From Macrostomum hystrix (lineage: Eukaryota; Animalia; Platyhelminthes), in contig CATNEN010000007.1 of assembly GCA_950097015.1 (NCBI GenBank), positions 930,001-994,000 on the forward strand: a DNA stretch of 64,000 bases, in the 5' to 3' direction. Under the pieces are notes generated by a model. The model had not been told where the DNA came from, did no database searches, and saw nothing but the letters and a program-made list of their open reading frames with translations. The position numbers were made by a program, and so were the translations under genes. This document shows positions 21,801-32,300 of this stretch, one piece after another. How positions within the stretch are numbered: position 1 is the first letter of the stretch; each line of letters starts with the position of its first letter.

Positions 21801-24800
21801 CCGTATCTGCTACTCTACTTCCTTATCTGCCACTCTTCTCCCCGTATCTGCTACTCTACTTCCTTATCTGCCACTCTACTTCCTTATCTGCCACTCTTCT
21901 CTCCGTATCTGTCCCTCTACTTCCCTTATCTGCCACTCTACTTCCCTTATCTTCCACTCTATTTCCCTTATCTGCCACTCTACTTCCTTATCTGCCACTC
22001 TACTTCCTTATCTGCCACTCTTCTCCCCGTATCTGCCACTCTACTTCCTTATCTGCCACTCTTCTCCCCGTATCTGCCACTCTACTTCCTTATCTGCCAC
22101 TCTTCTCCCCGTATCTGCTACTCTACTTCCTTATCTGCCACTCTACTTCCTTATCTGCCACTCTACTTCCTTATCTGCCACTCTACTTCCTTATCTGCCA
22201 CTCTTCTCCCCGTATCTGCCACTCTACTTCCTTATCTGCCACTCTACTTCCTTATCTGCCACTCTACTTCCTTATCTGCCACTCTTCTCTCCGTATCTGT
22301 CCCTCTACTTCCCTTATCTGCCACTCTACTTCCCTTATCTTCCACTCTATTTCCCTTATCTGCCACTCTACTTCCTTATCTGCCACTTTAATTCCCTTAT
22401 CTGCTACTCTACTTCCCATATCTGCCACTCTACTCCCTTATCTGCCACTCTACCTCCCTTATCTGCCACTCTACTTCCCTATTAATGCCGTGCCGCATCC
22501 TAACTAATCTAACCCATGCAGGCTGTCCTAGCCCTAGCATATATTTTGCTGCCCCTTATTATCTGTCCGGCAATAAACGCCCAATTAGTCTGTTCCACAA
22601 CTAAAGCCTGCACTTCCGCATCCCTATTCTCTATCCTTCTTATTCCACTTTCATCCTTTATCGAATAAACCGTGTCACGAATTCGTATCACTAGCGAGAG
22701 CAGCAGCTTCCCGCTGTCTGCTCTGAGCAGTCTTTAGCATTGACCAATCACCGAGTGTCATAGTTTCGATTCGGGTACTTTAACTACGCGGTCATAACAT
22801 ACAATTTTTGTCATCGTACTATAATTATAGTTTAGATTGTTCGAAGGAAATTTTTGTACTTGCCTTCTAACTTTCTCATCCTTCCTTCTCCCTTTATTCT
22901 AATCCTTCCTTCTCCCTTTCTCATCCCTCCTTCTCCCTTTCTAATCCTTCCTTCTCCCTTTCTAATCCTTCCTTCTCCCTTTCTCATCCCTCCTTCTCCC
23001 TTTCTAATCCTTCCTTCTCCCTTTCTAATCCTTCCTTCTCCCTTTCTCATCCTTCCTTCTCCCTTTCTAATCCTTCCTTCTCCCTTTCTAATCCTTCCTT
23101 CTCCCTTTCTAATCCTTCCTTCTCCCTTTCTCATCCCTCCTTCTCCCTTTCTAATCCTTCCTTCTCCCTTTCTCATCCCTCCTTCTCCCTTTCTAATCCT
23201 TCCTTCTCCCTTTCTCATCCTTCCTTCTCCCTTTCTCATCCTTCCTTCTCCCTTTCTCATCCTTCCTTCTCCCTTTCTCATCCTTCCTTCTCCCTTTCTC
23301 ATCCTTCCTTCTCCCTTTCTCATCCTTCCTTCTCCCTTTCTCATCCTTCCTTCTCCCTTTCTCAGCTTAGCACACCCTTTCTCACCCTACCATTTTTCAT
23401 TCTCACCCTATCCTTCCCTTTCTGATTCTATCCTACCAAATCTCACCCTACCCTACCATTTCTCATCCTACACAACCATTTCTCACCCTTCCCTGCCATT
23501 TCTCACCCTACCCTACCATTTCGCACCCTACCCTACCATTTCTCACCCTACCCTACCATTTCTCACCCTACCCTATTATTTCTCACCCTACCCTATTATT
23601 TCTCACCCTAGCCTACCCTTTCTGACCCTACCTTACCCTCTCTCACCTACCATTTTTTTCTCACCCTGGCCTACCCTTTTTCACCCTACCCTACCACTTC
23701 TCACCCTACCCAACCATTTCTTACCCTTCCCTACCATTTCTCACCCTACCCTACCATTTCTCACCCTTCCCTACTATTTCTCAACCTACCCTACCATTTC
23801 TCACCCTTCCCTACTATTTCTCACCCTACCCTACCATTTCTCACCCTACCCTCTACCCTCTACCCTCACCAATATCCCGTATCCTCTGAGTCTCCTTACC
23901 CCTTTATAGTTTTTTATCTTGTCTAGTAGTAGAAATACTATTAAACTCGGCTACTGTATAAACAGTCAGCATTTTAGTGTCCCAGCGTGACTGTTTTTAA
24001 TATCTAGGCAGCGAAGTTGAAATGGCTTGGGAATAATAAAATAAAGTTTTGCACATTATATGTAACTAAAATTCTATTTCCTTTCTCTATTTTCCTATCT
24101 ACTCGTAGCATTGGCAATTTCCCTGCACCCATGGGCAATGACCGTTGAATTTCGCGATAGCAGTAGCCCGAATTGTAGCTGCTTGTCAAACATTACCCAG
24201 CATCCAATTTATCGATTGATTTTTCGTCCACATCGACTGTCAAATAGTCTCAGCTTTTATCTAAATATAAGGTTTTATCGTCAATCTATTTATACTATTA
24301 TTTATTTCGAAGCATTCTGATATTGCCAAAGCATATCATCTGCTCTAAAATGTGCCATTGGCTATTTAGCTATTGGCCACGGTCCGATCACTTCCTGTCT
24401 GTATGGGATATTTCTGAGAATTACAGAGAGAATATGCCAGAATTAGAGTGGGAACATGGGAGAATTAGAGTAGGTATCAAGGACTAATAAACAACACTAC
24501 TAAAGGACTACTAAAGGTGGGAATATGGGATAATTACATTGGGAATATGGGAGAAATACATAGGGAATATGGAAAAATTACTGTGAGAATATTGGAGAAT
24601 CACAGTGGGAATATGGGAGAATTGCAGTGAGAATATGCGAGAATTAGAGTGGGAATATGGGAGAATTACATTCGGAGTATGGGAGAATTACATTCGGAGT
24701 ATGGGAGAATTACATTCGGAGTATGGGAGAATTACATTCGGAGTATGGGAGAATTACATTCGGAGTATGGGAGAATTACATTCGGAGTATGGGAGAATCA

Positions 24801-27733
24801 CATTCGGAGTATGGGAGAATTACATTCGGAGTATGGGTGAATTACATTCGGAGTATGGGAGAATCACAGTGGGAATATAGAGGAATTACAGTGGGATTAT
24901 ATGGATTATCTCATATTATCCTTATTGAGATAGACTTTCCCCGACATGATTTCTTGATTAACTTACTCGGATACGCGCAAAGCTAAGGTTGGGGATCTGG
25001 TATCATGTGTTCGAATAATATTTGCTGACCATATCAAAATAGAATTATTTATGTTTCCAATTACTCATGCAATTATTGTGTAGGCCTAATAAATATTGCC
25101 GAGTGTTTCGCCCTAAGGCAGCAGGTGCAGTATTGGATGGCATTCGTGAGATAAACACAACTGCCTGGTCTCACCATTTACAGTAATTTTGTCTATCCTC
25201 TTCAATATACTTCCCTGCACTTGACTATCCTAATTCTCAGAAGTAAATAACTATAAATATTATATATATATGATTATAAATCATTGCGGGTTGATATTAT
25301 ATAATGTTTGTTTGTAGAGACAGATAATCTGATAGATTTGAGGCAGATAATCTGATAGATTTGAGGCAGATAATCTGAGAGATTTTAGGCAGATAATCTG
25401 AGAGATTTGAGACAGATAATCTGAGAGATTTGATACAGATAATCTGAGAGATTTGAGGCAGATAATCTGAGAGATTTGAGGCAGATAATCTGAGAGATTT
25501 GAGGCAGATAATCTGAGAGATTTGAGGCAGATAATCTGAGAGTTTTGAGGCAGATAATCTGAGAGATTTGAGGCAGATAATCTGAGATAATACAAAGGAA
25601 TCAGGGTCGAAAGTGTGAAGGATCTGGTAGCAGTTAATCTGAAGGATCTTGATAATCAACCCCTCAATGGGATTCCGCAGGTCAACCACTTTCCCGGAAG
25701 TTTCATCCTTGGTCGCAAGGACCGTCTGTGGAAGGGCCTTCAACGAATGCAACGCCTCCACGGTCGGAAGGCGTTCGGCTTCGCTCCGACAACCTACTGC
25801 CTGCCAGGCGATCTCAAAGCCTTCAAGGAGGCCTGGGACTCCGCCGCACTCAGCGCCCAGCAGCGGTGGATTGTGAAGCCTCCAGCCAGCGCCCGCGGTA
25901 TCGGCATCCGTGTGGTGAACAAGTGGCAGCAGATACCAAAGAAACGGCCAGTCATTGTGCAGGCCTATCTGTCTAGGCCCTATCTGATCAACGGCAGTAA
26001 ATTCGATCTGCGAATCTACGTCTATGTGACATCTTTTGAGCCTCTCAAGGTGTACATTCACGAACAGGGTCTGGTCAGGTTTGCCAGCGTGCAATATAGC
26101 CAATCTAGCAAGACTCTCGGCAATAGGTGAGTGGCGCGTGGCTACTGTACACCCACGCACTAATTTGTTCACGGGTACACTTGTACGTACACAGATACCC
26201 TAGTATGTACACAAGCTGACTAATATGTACACAGGCTCACTAGTATGTCCACAAAAACATCAGTATGTCCACAGAAACATCAATATGTCCACAGACACAT
26301 TAATATGTAAATGAATTGCTACAGAGGCTCACAGATACGAACACATTAATATTGATCCGTGCACAGAATTGTACATTAACCGCCTTTTAACCAGCCCATC
26401 CATCACCATTGCCAGGTTCATGCACCTGACCAACTACAGCGTGAACAAGCACAATTCCGCTTACACTAACGGGGGCACAAGCGCATCCAATTCAGTTGGC
26501 ACCAATGCCAGCAGCAGCAATACTACTAATAGTAGCGCAGACGGTCAGGGTCACAAATGGAGCCTGCAGCAGCTGTGGTCTCACCTGCGCCGGTGCGGCC
26601 ACAGTCCGGAGCGAGTCTGGGACTCAATTAAAGATCTGGTTGCTAAGACTATGATCAGCGGCGAGGCGCACATTGCGGCCCAGGTTCGCCTACTGTGCCG
26701 CAGGCCTTACTGCGTACACGAACTATTCGGCTTGGATGTACTGCTTGACGACCAGCTGCAGCCCTGGCTGTTGGAGGTCAACATTTCGCCTTCTCTGCAT
26801 AGCAACTCTCCCTTGGATGTGAGAATCAAAGGCGCCATGATCACTGACCTGCTGCGGCTGGCCGGCTTCCAGCTGCCCACCGCCGGCGGGTCTCCATGGC
26901 CGGATGACTACACGCCTGCCGAGGACGAGAGAGCCAAGCGGATCTACCACGCCGATCAGAAGGCCTGGCAGGACAGGTAGGGCTCTCGCAGTCAATCTGA
27001 GCTGATTCTGGCTTTATAATTCCGACTTAGATATACTAAAGGATATAAGGTAGACAGCCTGAAGGATATAAGGTAGACAGCCTGAAGGATATAAGGTAGA
27101 CAGCCTGAAGGATATAAGGTAGACAGCCTGAAGGATATAAGGTAGACAGCCTGAAGGATATAAGGTAGACAGCCTGAGGGATATAAGGTAGACAGCCTGA
27201 AGGATATAAGGTAGACAGCCTGAAGGATATGAGGTAGACAGCCTGAAGGATATAAGGTAGACAGCCTGAAGGATATAAGGTAGACAGCCTGAAGGATCTG
27301 AGGTAGACAGCCTGAAGGATCTGGGGTAGACAGCCTGAAGGATCTGAAGACTGCAGCTTGAAATCTGCGATGAGTCTCTGTGTCATCAGATTAGATGATC
27401 TAGCTTCCTATTGCCCCGGCTCACCTGTGCAGGCTGGGCAGCCTGCTGGACCACCTGACTCCGTCGGACATTCGCTGCCTGGCGCACTCGCTGGACGAAT
27501 TCGGCAGGGCCGGCGGATTCCAGCGAGTCCTGCCGACTGGCGGAGAGCGCGGCCTGCAGTACCTGCGCTACCTGGAGCAGCCCAGATATGCCAACCTGCT
27601 GCTACATTCCTTTCTCACTTGTCACGGTAGGCGCGAAGGAATCGAACTCCTGACCGCGCTATGGAGACGCGGCGCCCATCTGCCCGGACCGCGCCAGCTG
27701 TGGTCACCGCCAAAGTCTGGAGGTAATGGCTAG
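17767..27733 (+). CDS. TTLL4: Tubulin polyglutamylase TTLL4-like
   Basis: Exons 17767-19717, 21116-21192, 25681-26126, 26416-26976 and 27433-27733, with phases 1, 0, 2, 2 all compatible. TTL-domain motifs: KWRLSSITP..VKRVIGRSGF, DDWLGYFGKHMK, KVNHFPGSFILGRKDRLW, WIVKPPASARGIGI, KFDLRIYVYVTS, FMHLTNYSVNK, HELFGLDVLLD..PWLLEVNISPSLH, LTPSDIR..DEF.R.G.FQR. The ~600-aa N-terminus is low-complexity and its true start is less certain. Confidence 0.9.
20190..20620. repeat. ~19-bp minisatellite (TCTATCCACTATTTCACTG and variants), TTLL4 intron 1
   Basis: Visible periodicity; it explains the spurious ORFs 20110 and 20114. Confidence 0.9.
21300..22485. repeat. ~20-bp minisatellite (CCTTATCTGCCACTCTACTT) with higher-order blocks, TTLL4 intron 2
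   Basis: A variant block TCTCCGTATCTGTCCCTCTAC... recurs at ~21510, ~21900 and ~22288. Confidence 0.92.
22865..23880. repeat. Two adjacent pyrimidine-rich minisatellites: 21-bp TCCTTCCTTCTCCCTTTCT(A/C)A, then ~20-bp CTCACCCTACCCTACCATTT
   Basis: The switch between units is at ~23363. Confidence 0.9.
24590..24900. repeat. 22-bp minisatellite GGGAGAATTACATTCGGAGTAT
   Basis: About 9 near-exact central copies with degenerate flanks. Confidence 0.9.
25318..25588. repeat. 23-bp minisatellite GCAGATAATCTGAGAGATTTGAG
   Basis: About 12 copies, ending ~90 nt before the TTLL4 exon 3 acceptor. Confidence 0.92.
27039..27348. repeat. 23-bp minisatellite AAGGATATAAGGTAGACAGCCTG, TTLL4 intron 4
   Basis: About 13 copies filling most of the 456-nt intron. 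Confidence 0.93.
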
Positions 27734-27804
27734 ATTGTACATCACCTTTGTAGCTTCTTACTAGCAATTCTTCCAACTATAAGAACGAACGATAAAGTGA
27801 AAAC

Positions 27805-28235
27805 TAGTTTCTTAGAAACGTATAATCAAGATTCTTAGAAACATGTTCTAGCCAGATAATGCACCATTGTTATTTATTTTTTTCCTTTTTAACAGAATTT
27901 CTAAGAATCGTGAAAAAATTAAATTCCTAAAAATACGCGAACAGGATTTGGAGAAAAAAGTTAAAGCGCTTTTCTAAGAAGCATGGGAAGAGCATTATTA
28001 CGCGTAGACGAGTTTCTCGGAAACACGTAAATTAGATTTTAACGCATAAGTTAGATTGGTTATATTCTTAGAAAAGCGTCTAAAGGTTTTTTGAGTCTAT
28101 CTAAGAAATTTCCAATCAGAATTCTTAGAAACGTGCACATTTTTGTTAGAAACGCGAATCCAACGGGTTTCTTAGATACACTGCTTTCCTAGAAACTCTA
28201 AAAAAATTCTTAGAAACTGGATTCTTAGAAACATT
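27805..28235. repeat. Cluster of ~13 TTCTTAGAA(AC) motifs in both orientations with irregular spacing
   Basis: Exact or 1-mismatch copies at about 27809, 27831, 27898(rc), 27971(rc), 28012, 28065, 28100(rc), 28121, 28143, 28168, 28186, 28206 and 28221. Confidence 0.75.
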
Positions 28236-29114
28236 TTCTCGTTTTGCTAAAACGTGATCTAAACTAAACTAAAATGTGAGTGTGATTTCTATGTCTGTTT
28301 TATATATCTACCAGTATGTGTTATTTTTTTCAAGTTTGACATATTTTCTCAAGTAGATCATATTGGCATTTCTTGTTGATTTTGTAGCAGAATATAATGC
28401 ATTGTTTTCCTCGAAGATTTAATGCGCCTCCTTTGCTCACTTTTTTAAGACGAAAATCAGCTACAGAATCCTTCGATAAGTATTCGTTTTATCTAGCCTA
28501 TTAGATCTATATAGCCTATTCTCTAAGAACTTTCCGCTGAAATATTTTAGCCTCGCGTTAGTATAGATGATATATAAGATGGGCTTTCAAAGCTGTTTGC
28601 GCACTTGCAGATTATTAATGATTTCTGTTATAAGTATAATAGAGTTGATTATAGATAAAACTTGTTTGTTTATTTTGTTTCCATTACTATCGTGTCCAAC
28701 AAATTCCGCAGAAAAATGCGATTTTTTACATTTTGCTTACTTCCAGTAGTTGTGTGCGGAGGTTTTTCTTTAACCACCAACTGAAATATATATTTTTGTG
28801 GTAGAAATTCGTGCAAATCTGCTAAACATTTTTGCCGGATTCATATTCGTAGGATTCTACTGAATGCGAGAAAGAGTAGTATGATACAAACAGCAGAATT
28901 GTGTGACATTTTATTTTTTGTGTGCAAAAAATGTAAGCAGATTTTACAAGGAGCATGGGCGGCTTGTGCGAAGCTAGCTGCAGAAAATATTTTAGAGGTA
29001 GTAGTGAGTACATTATAATAGCTATACAATTCGCAACAGCTTATTTGGACCTGTTATTCTGCAAACAATTAACAAGCGGTTTAAATGCTAGCCAATTTGA
29101 TCGATTTAACTAGT

Positions 29115-29290
29115 TACGATTCCTGCTTCGATTCTACTAGCTGCGATTCCTGCTTCGATTCTACTAGTTGCGATTCCTGCTTCGATTCTTCTAGTTGCGA
29201 TTCCTGATTCGATTCTACTAGTTGCGATTCCTGCTTCGATTCTACTAGTTGCGATTCCTGATTCGATTCTACTAGTTACGATTCCTGTCG
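29115..29290. repeat. 27-bp minisatellite CTAGTTGCGATTCCTGCTTCGATTCTA
   Basis: About 6 copies just past the ANKFN1 stop. Confidence 0.9.
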
Positions 29291-29353
29291 TCTAGTCGTT
29301 TGGATTTCTTCAAAATTGTCATCTTTGGAAGGCCAGTCAGAGCAGGCCGTCAT

Positions 29354-32300
29354 TCAAATGTCGATAACGCCGGAGTCAGCGGAGTCAGCTTTGGCTGTCA
29401 TCGGCGATATCGGCCGCACAGTCAGGCTGCCGGTGTTCCATGGCGCCTGCAGCAGCAGCGGCCGGAAGTCAGGCGGCAGCGGTCGCCGCATTCCGTCCTC
29501 CGTGGTCACAACCAGTTCGTACAATGACGCATCAGCTGTCTGCAGCTGCTGACTGGGCTGAATGCCGTGGTTGCCAAGCGCTTGGGTTGACGCAGCTTCA
29601 ACAGCTAGACGGCACACATCGCGAGCTCTGGTTGACTGCGTCAGCGTCAGTGTCAGCAGGATGTTGCCAAATTTGACGCGCAGGCTGCTTGAAGTCGGCG
29701 ATGGCTGCGAAGCTTTAGGGGGCGGCGGCGGCGGCGGCTGAGGTCTGAACTGCACTACTGACAGTAGCGAGCTGAGCAAAGTGCAGCTGGATCCGCCGTC
29801 TCGTCTGGCCTCGGCGATGGCGTCGGCTGCCCAGCGAGCTGTCCGGGTCATGGCTTCGACCTGGGCTTGGAGTGCCTGGCAATTCAGCAATGCTCGGCTT
29901 TGAGTACGAATACTACAGTACTATAGAAATGACAGGTAGACCAGTTGGGAAAGAGAAAGTAACGCTTCCGACCATGTGAATTCGTGAGTCATGAGTTCGA
30001 ATCCTTGAGAGTGACTGGCTGAGCAGACTGTCACACCAAGTTTGTGTGAGTTAGCGAAATCGGCAGGAATGCCTCAGCGCCCGCAGCCCCTGCGGATATA
30101 ATTACTTTACCTGCAGCCTGGCGAGCCGCGCCTTCGCTGACGTCACCTCCTGCTGGGCGAAGGCCCTCCTCGAGCAGAGCTGCGCCGCGCCGATCAGCAG
30201 GTCGAGGCTGGCGCCGGACGCCGACAGCTCTGGAAACCACCGGCCTGCGTAGGTGACGCCCTGAAGCTGGTCGAAGGCGGCCACGGGCAGCAGGGACAGG
30301 CGCGGAGCTCCTTCGTCGTCGTCACTGTGCTGCGGGCCGCTGACAAAGACGGCTGCCTCATCGGGCGCAGGCAGCAGCAGCAGGTGCGCCACGTTGCGGC
30401 AGGGCTGGATCACTCGGCCCGTGAAGACTCGCAGACCGGCCCTCTGGCTGGCCGACAGTCGCAGCCGATTGGCCAGCGAGTCCGCGGCCTCGGCCAACAG
30501 CTGACTGAATCTGCTCGCTGATTGGACGATCCGGACTGAGCCGCCCCGCAGCAACTGTCGCATCTCATCCGCGCTGACGTGGGCGTTTTGTCTGAGGCGC
30601 ACGCTGGGCAGGCAGTTGGGCGACATTGCGTCCACTTCCAGGCTGAGTCGGTCCGGAGTGCCGCGCAGTCTCAGACTGCTCAAGTAGAGACCTGGCTCCT
30701 GCGGCGTCTGCGATCTGCGGGCTTTGCTGGACTGGCTCTCAGTCACTGTGTACACAGGCTCTCAGTCACTGTGTACACAGGCTCTCAGTCACTGTGTACA
30801 CAGGCTCTCAATCACTGTGTACACAGGCTCTCAGTCACTGTGTACACAGGCTCTCAGTCACTGTGTACACAGGCTCTCAGTCACTGCATACACTGGGTGT
30901 AAATTAAACTGTGTACACTGCGTGTACATTAAACTGTGTACACTGCGTGTACATTAAACTGTGTACACTGGGTGAACATTAAACTGTGTACACTGGGTGT
31001 ACATTAAACTGTGTACACTGGGTGTACATTAAACTGTTTACACTGGGTGTACATTAAACTGTGTACACTGGGTGTACATTAAACTGTGTACACTGGGTGA
31101 ACATTAAACTGTGTACACTGGGTGTAAATTAAACTGTTTACACTGGGTGTACAGTAAACTGTGTACAGTAGCTGTCCTCTTACCTAGCTGAAAAAGCTAC
31201 CGCCTCAGCCAGAAGGCCGCCAGAGAGCAGGTCGGACCAGCCGCTCGACGCCTGCGCTGAAATCCATCGACAGCCTGCCGCAGTCGCCGCCGTCGCCGCG
31301 TCGTCCTCAGCCGAGGCCCGACCGACCAGCAGGATGTGCCGACTGCCAGCCGCGCCAGTCAGCAGTCTGGGAAATGCCGCCAGCTGCTGCCGTTGGTGGC
31401 CGGAACACCGCCAGCCGCCGAGGGCTGTCTGCAAAGTCCGGCCCGCTCGCAGAATGGCAGCCCGAGCCAGCAGCTGCGGCGGCAGGGTCGCTTGCTGGCC
31501 GCCTCCGTCATCGCCAATGAGTCGCTCCAGCCGGTCCAGAGCGGCTCCCAGGCAGGGCGAGTCGGCAAGCAGCCGGGCGAGCCACGGCAGCTCACTCTGG
31601 GCGCCGAGCTCCGTGCTGACTGTGGCGTGCGGAAGAGCCTCGTCGCGAGTCAGGAGTACCTTCAGAGAAATTCGGAATATTTTGGAGACTTCAGGTTGCT
31701 CCAAATACAATTCTGAATTTAAATACAGCCCTGACTGCTGCTGGATTCTATCTACTGTTCCTGCTGCGATTCTTTCTTTGATTCGTGCTTCGATTCTATC
31801 TACGATTCCTGCTGCGATTTTATCTACGGATCCTGCTGCGATTCTATCTACGATCCCTTCTGCGATTCTATCTACTGTTCCTGCTGCGATTCTGTCTTTG
31901 ATTACTGCTGTGATTCTTTCTTTGATTCGTGCTTCGATTCTATCTACGATTCCTGCTGCGATTCTATCTACTGTTCCTGCTGCGATTCTGTCTTTGATGA
32001 CTGCTGCGATTCTTTCTTTGATTCGTGCTTCGATTCTATCTACGATCCCTTCTGCGATTCTATCTACGGTTCCTGCTGCGATTCTATCTACGATTCCTGC
32101 TGCGATTCTATCTACGAGTCTCGCTGCGTTTCTATCTACAATCCCTGCTGTTCTGTCCATGCCTCCCGCTGCGATTCCTTCAGAGGTCCCTATTGTAAAT
32201 ATTTTAGCGTCTCTGCACCAATTGCATCAAAAACTGCCGGGGATCAAATGAAACTGATTCTAAGCTCAGGAGCCAAGAACTCTGAAACTATTTACTTTCT

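Noticed and set aside
21266-25595. Long ORFs in TTLL4 introns (413, 351, 170 aa, etc.)
   Set aside because: Translations of stop-free minisatellite units, not proteins.
31660-32295. In-frame retention of the 636-nt ANKFN1 intron (length divisible by 3, long open repeat frame)
   Set aside because: An in-frame stop at 32268-32266 terminates the read-through.
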